In this document: one piece after another, positions 40,215 through 50,769 of the stretch | How the letters are laid out: every line of letters starts with the position of its first letter | Numbering within the stretch: position 1 is the stretch's first letter | Source: Octopus sinensis | Taxonomy: Eukaryota | DNA length: 64,000 nt | Reading direction: 5' to 3' | Assembly: GCF_006345805.1 (NCBI RefSeq) | Contig: NC_042998.1 | Span: forward strand, 120,590,001 to 120,654,000 | Notes under the pieces: model-generated | Told to the model about the DNA's origin: nothing | The model's input: the letters and a program-made list of their open reading frames with translations, nothing else | The model's database searches: none | Translations under genes and position numbers: made by a program

Positions 40215-43200
40215 GTAAGTTTGCTTGTTTCAGTCTTCTGCTTTTTCTTCTTATATCATTTCTGGTTAGTCATGTTTATATTGGTACCTAGTTGAAAATT
40301 TGGGTGCAATCCACAGATCTAGCACCCTAGATATTACATGCCTTTGTCTAGCAGAAGACCAAAACTGTGCTCTGACATGCAGTGATTTATTGTATGAACT
40401 GCAGTGTGACAGTATGAGTATGTTGTATTTTCTCTACTACCCAACAGTTGTATCTGAAAGCCATATTAGTGGCCACAGCAGAGACAAACAAACTACAAAA
40501 CCTTACTAGTTAACTAGGGAGAGAGCTGCTATACAGTCACTTAATATGACAGCAGTAACAAGAGGCAATGAGCTGGCTGAATTGTTAGCACACTGGGCAA
40601 AATGCTTAGTGGCATTTCATCCTTCTTTACATTCTGAGTTCAAATTCCACCGAGGTCAACTTTGCCTTTTATCTTTTTGGTGTCGATAAAATAGGTACCC
40701 CTGAAATTGCTGGCCTTGTCCCAAAATTTGAAACCAGTATGATAGCAATAACTACCAAATTTCCTACACCTAGTTACTGTAGGCACATGAACCTATAATT
40801 TAACTTGGCTAGCTGCATTCATCACACAAACAATTCAACAAGCTGACCTGGTCAGCTATTGCTACTGCAGCGAGAGTTACACTATTTCGTAATTCTTAAT
40901 TTCTCTTTTGTGCCATATTGCATATCATGCCATCCTTGGATAGTTTTGGTAGCATATCAGTCATTGTATGAGAAGTAATTGCTAGCCCTTCATGCAGTCC
41001 TTGGAGAATAGAATGCTGTTAGTGGTACTCACAGCCCTTCTCACAGTACTATATGGCCATATAAGGATGAAAGAGTTGACCTCAGTGGTATTTGAACTCA
41101 AAGTGCCTAGAGCCAGAACAAATGCAGTAAGATATCTTACCTGATATTTTATCAACCCTGCCACCATGCCATCTAGAGTTACTATACATGCACCTACAAT
41201 TTAACAATAACATGACCAGCTACAGCAATACTCTTGTAGAGTTACTTTACAAACCTACAATTTAGTAACCTCAACACACACCAAAGAACTATCAAGAATG
41301 ATAATAAGTATTTTAATCACAATTTTCTAACATTCAAATCAATCTTTTGTCTATGCGATGAAGCCCCACTGTTAGTAAATTACAAAACTTACTCAGGGGA
41401 AGAAGATCAGTGTCCATGCACCGTTTCAGGGTTTTTTGTTTGTTTGTTTTTTTCTTTTATTGGTGGGAGGAAGTTATCCTCAAACCAAAGATGTGATCCG
41501 AATATTTTCAACAGAATGGATCCTGCTAAAGGTAGTTGTATTAAAGTGAGCAACAGATTAAGTTACCTACCATTCAATTTCTAGAGTCTCAGATTTTCCA
41601 GACAATTTTCCTCCTCTTTCAATATCCTTAATCACTTAAAACCACTGTCACATGATGAAAGGAGCACATCCATTTAATGTGAGAAATACTACTGTGCCAT
41701 GGAACAAGATGTATGCGTTTAAAATGCAAAGAAGACCAAGATTATGGTTTCATACTGACAAAGACAATTGATAGTGTAGTCTGTTGGACATGTGGCATTT
41801 TTAACTATTTTTCAAAAGTTCTTAAAATCCTATTTGAAACAGTGTTATCTCCTTCAAAAAGCATCTTAAGATAGTTATTAAAGCTCTGTACAGACAATCT
41901 TAAATGGTTATGGCAGTACTGAATAATTGCAAAACACTTAAATGAATACAATTGACATTAAATATTTGCAGCTCAATAGCAAAGTTATAATAGTAAAAAG
42001 TTTAATTTAGTATTTTTCTTTTTTTTTTTTGTAAAGATAATACTTTCTATCTCTCTTACTATAATGTATCTTATATGTCAAAATGTTAGCTCAACATTTC
42101 TAAATTTGTTATTTCATATGACTTCATATCATAGTAAAAGTACAATCATATTTTGATTTTGTGTCTTTTATTATTATTTTGTTCTGTAATAGTGATCGTA
42201 AGAACATTGTTAAAAAAAAAGTGTTTTGCGCTATTTGTTCCAACACTGTTCTGTGTTCAAATACCTCCAACATCAATTTTACCTTTCATCTTTCTAGGGT
42301 CAATAAAATAACTACCAGTCAAATACTGGAATCAACAGCTCCATCCTCCCCAAATTTTAGCCTTGTGCCTATGTTAAAAATCATTATCTTGTTCTATAAC
42401 CAATTTTTTTCTTTTTATTTATCTTTGATAAATCATTAACTTGGTTCCACCACCTCTTTCCACTGAACTCTTTGATACATAGTGATGTGAAGCAGCTATA
42501 TATTTAGTAGTAGTGGTGGTGGCAGTGGCGGCGACCCTCCCTTCCTTATTACGTCTTCTTTTGCTATTTTCTGTATGAAGTTAGAATATTTATCGTAACT
42601 CAGCTATCAACTTTTTAAAAGCTGAGATTGCTGCTGAGATGATCACCTTATATCTGTACTTTATTGTATAGTGCTTGTATCTCTCTCTCTCTCTCCTCTC
42701 TCTCCCTCTCTCTCTCTTCTCTCTCTCTCCTCTCTCTCTTCTCTCTCTCTCTCTCTCTCTCTTTTCTCTCTCTCTCTTTCTCGCTCATACACACACACAC
42801 ACTTTCGCTCACTCAGGTATATACACACAAATATGCCTCTGGAAAGGTGGGGTTTAATCTGAGGCTTTCTTGATAAAATTTCTGTCCAAATATCAGACAT
42901 ACTAACAGTAAAATTATACAGAAACTAAGGAGAAAGTATGTAACAGGAATAGGTAGAAGTTTTTTTTCTTTTTTTTTCATTTTTTTTTTTTGTTCTTATG
43001 ACTAATAGTGTGTGTATGTGTGTACTTGTATGTGCATATGTACATGCACCTATATACACATTTGTTTTTCACCACTGATTGTGTGAAAGTGAATGCATGT
43101 GGTCACACACATGCTGTTTGTGATAAAAAAATCAAAACACATTGTATGTATATACGTGTGTATGTGCATGCAGTTATACATACACACACATTGTTATCAG

Positions 43201-43464
43201 TTGTTATCCAGCAAGCTCAGCTGCCATCATTCTTTCACCAGTTCTGCCAGTGTTTTAGACAACACTGGTATGTTCTTTTCTAGAACATTCGTCAGAAGAA
43301 ATGTAGATGTTAAATCTCTGCTGATGTTTGCCAACAGTTACGCTGGAGTGTATTGAACCTGTGACATGACCTGTCAAAACTTACCATTTGATATTTCAGC
43401 TGAGATTAAGCGTTTACTAAATTTCACTTAACTGTCTTCCTACTTCCTTCTCATCTCCATCTCC

Positions 43465-43553
<89 letters not shown>

Positions 43554-44300
43554 AATGATTATCTAAAGAAACAGATTAAATTGCAATTAATGGTGTAGTA
43601 GAGTTAATAGCGGTTTAGAATGGTGGTGAGGAGGTAGCTATGCAGGTAATAGATGTGTATGGGTGGTGGTGTTGGGGTTGTAAATTTGTCTATTTGATCT
43701 TTGGAGATATATTTACCTAAACATTTTTGCTTTCATAGTTCTGATAAGTGTGCTACATTTACCATAAACCACATTGCTACCCAAGTATTTCAAGCATTGG
43801 TCCCTTGATCAGTCTATCTATATAACCTTACGTTCTACTCCACCATGTCTCCATCTGTTAGCTGTAACCTTTGCCACTATCATGCCTCTATCATCATACT
43901 TTCATCAGCACCATCATCATCATAGAAATTTTTAATATTTTCAATACTGGCATGAGTTGACCAACTCAACAGGATCCAAGTAGACAGAGGACCATATCCT
44001 AATAATGGCAAAGTTTCTGCATCAGGTGCCCTTCTTGACACCAATAACATTTGCAGAGTCGGGTGCATTTTCTCAAAATGACAACACTGTAGAAGTTACC
44101 TTGCCATCAGTGAGTTGAACAACCAACAAGTTACAGAATGTACCAGGTACTTTTTACATAACACCAGCACCAGTGAGGTGTACCTGGTAGCTTATGAGAT
44201 GAAAGAGAACTCTGAAGAGAGAAACAGAGAACAGTGTTGAGTGTGTGAATAATAGAGGAGACAGCAAAAAGTGAAAGAGTAATATTAGAATTAGTGTGAA

Positions 44301-44354
<54 letters not shown>

Positions 44355-45259
44355 TGGTCATCATTATCCTCTTACAACTGCTTTCCATGCTTGCATGGGT
44401 TGCACAGTTCATCAAGATGAGAGTCTTATTGGAGTCACACAGGTTTATTGTTGAGCAAAGGTTAAGAGAAAGACTAATAGAGGCATTAGGAAAGTAGTTA
44501 ATATGAGAATAGTTGTGCCAGGGAAATTATTGAGATAGAGACAGTGGTAAGGGTAGAGGAGTAGGTTGAGTAGAAGGAAATGCATTGCTACCCCAAGTTA
44601 TATATGGGTAGATAGAGTGATGCATAAAGAAAAGTTGAAATAATGATGGCAAGGAGCCAGAGCATATCCTTTAGGTAACATTTTCCAGAAAGTGTTATGA
44701 CAGAAGATGCAAGGAGGTTGGGTAAAGTTTTGCAAGCGTTCAATCCCTCTCCATTCGAAGGTCATAATTTGGTTGGATTGAGGAAAGATGGGTAGCAAGA
44801 TATGGGTGATATAGGGAGGAAGAGGGGCATATTCAATATGCACTGGCTGAGTATTCTCCTCTCACTGATAGCTGGCATGTTACAGACGATAAAGAGATAA
44901 GAGAGTATAGAATAAGTACAGTGGATATGTGAGAAGTGGGATATAGAATAGGCAATGGACTGAAGGGACATGTGCATTCAGAAATAGGTAGGTGAGGATG
45001 CATGCAGTACCCCACTATTTTAATGATTATTTCATCAAGCTTGCACAAATGGTCAGGTCTCCTGCTGTACTATGCTGCATCTCTCAGCTGTAACCTCTAC
45101 CACTATCATGTCACCATCTATTTCACTATAATCTTACTCTACTCTCTACTACCACCTTCCTTGCATACACAAGCTGTTTGTGAACACCATATGTGGTACC
45201 TTAAACACTGTATTTCACCTCCCTCTATTACCTGCCACTGGAAGCCACATCTTGCTTAT

Positions 45260-45485
45260 TGTTTAGCATTTCAGAATTTAAACTGGCCATATCTGGCCCA
45301 ACTATTCTACCTGTTTTATGTTCAAACTGGCCAGATCCAGCTTCTTGCACCTATTCTACAATGTCTAAAAATAAAGTCACATCATTGAAATCTCAAAGTT
45401 ACAAGATAGTGCCTGATCAATTCAAAACAATGTGAATAAATAAGCATTACATTAAGACAGAATAATCTGAATGCTAAAGGGTTAA
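45260..45485 (+). mobile_element. piggyBac-like MITE (TTAA-CCC termini)
   Basis: Ends tctgaatgctaaagggttaa; same family as 58263-58491 in opposite orientation. Confidence 0.7.
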
Positions 45486-45833
45486 GAAGAATAGAACCCC
45501 ATAGATGCTGAGGTCATCAACAGTGATCCCTATCTACTATTTTGTATCACACAGTGAATCAATGGAGTGGGAATGATTCAGTTAAGTTTGTAATAATGAT
45601 GTACAGTGGTATGATTACTTATTGATGTCCAGTAGGGTGAACACTTAATGATACTCCAGTGGTTTGGCTACTTCAATGATGTACAGTGGTATGGTCACTT
45701 AATGATAATGATGTTAAATGGTATGAGCATTTAATGATGCAAGATGGTATAGCTACTTTTATATATATTGCATATTTATTTGATATACATTTCATATTTA
45801 TTTAATTTATATTTCATATTTACTTACTTGCAG

Positions 45834-46060
45834 AGTGGTGGTGATGGTGGCAACTATTCATTAGCCAGGGTAATTGCTGACTACAGTGCTATCAAGGAAG
45901 ATGAAATCTCCGTTAACAAAGGAGAGAAAGTTCAAATCTTAACAACAAACCAAAATAATATGTTTCTTGTCCACAGAGCAGCTAATGAGGTTTCACCAGC
46001 AGCTGAAGGATGGATTCCAGGAGTTGTCTTAGGCTCAGTTGATGAAGGTGGAAGTCTCAA
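45834..46060 (+). CDS. Trio: Trio/Kalirin exon: second SH3 domain (phase 0 to 2)
   Basis: TTGCAG acceptor, GTTAGT donor; ARVIADYSAIKEDEISVNKGEKVQILTTNQNNMFLVHRAANEVSPAAEGWIPG closely parallels vertebrate Trio SH3-2 as recalled (DYTAVKEDEINVYQGEVVQILASNQQNMFLVFRAATDQCPAAEGWIPG). Confidence 0.95.
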
Positions 46061-46147
46061 GTTAGTATATTTGCTTACCAGTAATGATGTCTAATGAAGG
46101 GAAAAGTCTACAGTATGTTGTGTGTTTGATGGATTACCATAAGCAAG

Positions 46148-46195
<48 letters not shown>

Positions 46196-46464
46196 TTAAT
46201 AAGGGTGAGAGAATTAGATACTAATTTAATAGTATGTCTATTCAACACCAAGTGGCCTAGTGCTCCGAGAAACCTGGATAATTATAATATTTTATAATAT
46301 ATTATAATATTTTTACAAAATAAATATAAGAGAGTGGTCACTATATGGCTCACTCTAGCACCAGTTAATCCAAAAGGTTTCAACCACAAAAATACATGTT
46401 TCCCATGAAAGTCAGTACGATTGTTAGCTCACACGGACAGGGCAAATAAAAAATAACAAAAATA

Positions 46465-46560
46465 CAGATTATTTTGGGACAATTGTTTCGCTATTAATGA
46501 ATTAAATGTAATTTTACTTACAAAAAAATCCACTTGTAGCTCGTCAGCCAAAACTATCTG
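46465..46560 (-). ncRNA. Type I hammerhead ribozyme (antisense copy)
   Basis: Exact reverse complement of 47286-47381; predicted cleavage after the C at 46478 on the minus strand. Confidence 0.8.
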
Positions 46561-47285
46561 GATGAAATCCACTCAATCACACGCCAGATTTTACCATAAC
46601 GATAAATACACGTGTGGTTCAATTGATTACATCCGACGTTATAATTCAAATGCCCCAACTAACAGCGCGCCAAACTTTCACGGAAAACAAATACTGCATT
46701 TAGAAATAAATGCAGCATAATTATAATTAATTAATAAGGGTGAGAGAATTAGATACTAATTTAATAGTATGTCTATTCAACACCAAGTGGCCTAGTGCTC
46801 CGAGAAACCTGGATAATTATAATATTTTATAATATATTATAATATTTTTACAAAATAAATATAAGAGAGTGGTCACTATATGGCTCACAATCGTACTGAC
46901 TTTCATGGGAAACATGTATTTTTGTGGTTGAAACCTTTTGGATTAACTGGTGCTAGAGTGAGCCATATAGTGACCACTCTCTTATATTTATTTTGTAAAA
47001 ATATTATAATATATTATAAAATATTATAATTATCCAGGTTTCTCGGAGCACTAGGCCACTTGGTGTTGAATAGACATACTATTAAATTAGTATCTAATTC
47101 TCTCACCCTTATTAATTAACTATAATTATGCTGCATTTATTTCTAAATGCAGTATTTGTTTTCCGTGAAAGTTTGGCGCGCTGTTAGTTGGGGCATTTGA
47201 ATTATAATGTCGGATGTAATCAATTGAACCACACGTGTATTTATCGTTATGGTAAAATCTGGCGTGTGATTGAGTGGATTTCATC

Positions 47286-47381
47286 CAGATAGTTTTGGCT
47301 GACGAGCTACAAGTGGATTTTTTTGTAAGTAAAATTACATTTAATTCATTAATAGCGAAACAATTGTCCCAAAATAATCTG
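47286..47381 (+). ncRNA. Type I hammerhead ribozyme
   Basis: CAGAUAGUUUUGG-CUGACGA-GCUA-[43 nt]-UAGC-GAA-AC-AAUU-GUC/-CCAAAAUAAUCUG: full core, 13-position stem I (11 WC, 1 GU, 1 mismatch), stem II, palindromic stem III, GUC cleavage after 47368. Confidence 0.85.
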
Positions 47382-47817
47382 TATTTTTGTTATTTTTTAT
47401 TTGCCCTGTCCGTGTGAGCTAACAATCGTACTGACTTTCATGGGAAACATGTATTTTTGTGGTTGAAACCTTTTGGATTAACTGGTGCTAGAGTGAGCCA
47501 TATAGTGACCACTCTCTTATATTTATTTTGTAAAAATATTATAATATATTATAAAATATAATTATCCAGGTTTCTCGGAGCACTAGGCCACTTGGTGTTG
47601 AATAGACATACTATTAAATTAGTATCTAATTCTCTCACCCTTATTAATTAATTATAATTATGCTGCATTTATTTCTAAATGCAGTATTTGTTTTCCGTGA
47701 AAGTTTGGCGCGCTGTTAGTTGGGGCATTTGAATTATAACGTTGGATGTAATCAATTGAACCACACGTGTATTTATCGTTATGGTAAAATCTGGCGTGTG
47801 ATTGAGTGGATTTCATC

Positions 47818-47913
47818 CAGATAGTTTTGGCTGACGAGCTACAAGTGGATTTTTTTGTAAGTAAAATTACATTTAATTCATTAATAGCGAAACAATTGTC
47901 CCAAAATAATCTG
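47818..47913 (+). ncRNA. Type I hammerhead ribozyme (second sense copy)
   Basis: Identical to 47286-47381; predicted cleavage after 47900, 532 nt downstream of the first. Confidence 0.85.
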
Positions 47914-48051
47914 TATTTTTGTTATTTTTTATTTGCCCTGTCCATGTGAGCTAACAATCGTACTGACTTTCATGGGAAACATGTATTTTTGTGGTTGAAA
48001 CCTTTTGGATTAACTGGTGCTAGAGTGAGCCATATAGTGACCACTCTCTTA

Positions 48052-48095
<44 letters not shown>

Positions 48096-49088
48096 CACAC
48101 ACACACCTCTGCTAACATATTATCTTAAAGGTAGTATTTAAGCAGTGCTATAAACTTTTGTTTATAGCAATGATAACAATTATATTTGTGTGTATGTTGT
48201 TTTTCTTATTTTTTACTGGTTTCAGTCATTGAACTGTTGGATACCACCATGAAATTTAGATAATTACATAACAACCCCATTGCTTATTTTAGTCTCATAC
48301 TTACTTGATCAACCTATGTCTGTTGATCTGTGAAATTTCAGTTTTTGACACACTACTGTGTGTATATCTATCTGCTTGTCACTTGATTGGTCTATCTATA
48401 TATCTATCTAATCAATCAGTCTCTGTGTTGATGTTGTGGTATCGAAATAGATTAAGGATTTAAATTCTGAATGCCTCAAGCAAATGTTTTTTTTTTGTTT
48501 TTGTTTTTTGTTTTTTTTTTACTTTTTGTTCAGTAAATATATGTATATTTATAATTATATATACTGTCACTACTCATGGAAATACACATTTGATACAAGT
48601 TTGTGGATAACCATAAAATACATAATTTCTCTTGAAATAGAATTTGTCCTGAAACATTTCATTCTTGTGATGATGTAAAGTCCGCATAAAGTGCTCCAGA
48701 ATACTTTTAAAAACTGCATTGTTATACACTTGCCTCTTTTACATTGAGAGTTGTTATCACTTTTGATCTTTACTTCAAGAGACGAACCACTTTTACTGTA
48801 GAATGCAATTGAAGCTATAACCTAATAATGTAATATTCCTCTATGCTACAAGTACTTTTATGAAACTGTAACAAATCTTAATACATTGTACTTACTTTCA
48901 TATCAGAGGAATGAGCTGCTCCAGCATGACAACAACTGCAGGACTGAAATGAGTAAAAGAATAAAAGAATATGACTAGGCTTGAACTTACAATCCCAGTA
49001 AATGAAGTACAGTAGCTACCCAACTGAACTGAAGATGATAAATCATTACATCTCAGTAATATATATATATATATATATAAATTTTATA

Positions 49089-49195
49089 AGGAAAAGTTGA
49101 CACTGATTTTAAAGTTTCAACTTGCTCACCTTCATCAGACAGTCTGATGAAGGCAAACAAGCTTCAAACATTAAAATCACTATCAATCTTTCCCA
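49089..49195. repeat. Fold-back of two head-to-head hammerhead-core-like motifs
   Basis: Perfect centre ccttcatcagac-a-gtctgatgaagg with imperfect outer arms (gattttaaagtttcaa / ttcaaacattaaaatc). Confidence 0.7.
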
Positions 49196-49258
49196 TGCAA
49201 AAGTTAATAAATATGTATTCCATAAAAAAAAGTATTAAGTAATCCTTCAATTTAATAT

Positions 49259-49590
49259 AGGCACAGGTGTGGCTGTGTCGTAAGAAGTTTGTTGCCTGAC
49301 CACATGGTTCCAGGTTCAGTCCCATTGCATAACACCTTGGGCAAACCAACCAAAGCCTTGTGAGTGGATTTTGGTAGACAGAAACTGAAAAAAGCTCATC
49401 ATGTGTATGTGTGTGTCTGTGTTTGTGTCCCCATAACTTAGTAGTTTGGCAAAAGTGACTGATAGAATAAATACCAAGATGAAAAAAAAAAAAGTAGTGA
49501 GGTCAATTCATTCAACTAAAAATTCTTCAAGGCAGTGCTCCAGTATGGCCACAGTTTAATGACTAAAATAATTAAAAAATAAAAGATTTA
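49259..49590 (+). mobile_element. tRNA-type SINE
   Basis: ggcacaggtgtggctgtgtcg (A-box-like), ggttcagtccc (B-box-like); body shared with 25250, and in reverse with ~11.1 kb, ~16.0 kb and ~58.9 kb. Confidence 0.75.
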
Positions 49591-49915
49591 ACATCTATAC
49601 AACTTGTCTTAAAAACAAACATTAATCACTATAGTAATTTTTGTCAAATCTCTGTCTTTAACTTCCAGTTTCATTTGCATTCCCCTCTGTTTTTCATCTT
49701 CTGTACATATGTTTGCATGTGAATGTGTGTGTGCGTGCACTTGCACACAAACACACACAGATATATATTTATGAACTTGATCTTTATTATGAATCTCTAT
49801 TCTTTAAATTTCTCTTAAAAACCCCCATAAAAAAACAAACTAATGTGATATATATTTATGACATGTAAAATCCTTGTCAAATTGCTATGTTTTTCTTTTT
49901 TTCATTCTTCTCCAG

Positions 49916-50045
49916 AAAAACATCATGGCAAATGTTCAAGTTACGTAAATCTAGTTTGAAGAGAGAATCTGACAGCAAAAATACTTTGGAACGGAAAAGT
50001 AGGAGTTTGGGTCGAGATGGCAAACTACCATCATCAACATCAAAA
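49916..50045 (+). CDS. Trio: Trio/Kalirin exon: SH3-Ig linker (phase 2 to 0)
   Basis: Strong polypyrimidine/CCAG acceptor, GTAGGT donor; splices in frame to give GGSLKKTSWQMFKLRKSS (cf. Trio DGTLKKSTSWHTALRLRKK). Confidence 0.88.
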
Positions 50046-50769
50046 GTAGGTGTCTTGATGTCTTAAATTGCTCTACATTGTACATTTACAGAGCTGACAT
50101 TATTAAACTGTCATTCTGTTAATCTGCTTTAAACATTGATCTTGGAAGACTGTTTGAGAGAATGAGAGGAATATAATCCATTATTAATCTATTTACATTG
50201 GATTAGAATTTTTCTATTGTAGATGAAATAACATGAATGAGAGAGGTTTTGACTGCACTCTTTTGAAGATTTGTTTGTTTAATATCCAAACAGGAATGTT
50301 TTATGATGACTGATACATCCTAGCGTCTGTTGGTAAGCCTCTACAAAAAGACACTTGCATTAGAGTACTTACTGTTTGTGTACATGGTATGTTACTGCTG
50401 ATTAAGACAGCCACACATATATCCAAGAGTGCATTAAAAAGGCCAACCAGTTCATTCATCAACACAATACAACCACCAGTCCACAAACATTCTCTATGTT
50501 CTCTTTATCTCTTCTGCTGCATCTATAATAACTTTTGCTCTCAAGTAGATGATGTGAACCATGTCTGCCCAGGCCAATCTGTTGACCTACTTCTCTTCCT
50601 CTTATCATCCCTGCTGTGTCTCAGCTGCACTAAGCACTTTGCTCAATCCTTGCTTTCCAGAACCATATGCCTTTAGAATTTCCTCTGTACCCTCATTTTC
50701 CCCTAGATATCAACCTGCATGTGTTCGGGCTATTTTAGGAAATTATTTTTTTTGTAAATTAATTAGAGA

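Larger units (their letters stand above)
46191..48060. mobile_element. Retrozyme-like concatemer: ~535 bp non-coding unit, 1.3 copies forward then 2.2 copies inverted, in (TA)n
   Basis: aagggtgagagaattag at 46201 and 46736 (period 535); after 46888 the reverse complement runs with aatcgtactgac at 46889, 47424 and 47956; (TA)n on both flanks; each full unit holds a hammerhead. Confidence 0.9.

Noticed and set aside
46191-46725. Second ribozyme on the opposite polarity of the unit (viroid-like ambisense design) or a coding ORF
   Set aside because: No CTGANGA box or long ORF seen on that strand; other ribozyme classes were not excluded
46191-48060. Possibility that the inverted concatemer is an assembly or fold-back read artefact
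   Set aside because: Copies differ by CpG-type substitutions and a 3 bp indel, the junction shows microhomology, and both ends sit in (TA)n; read-level confirmation is still advisable
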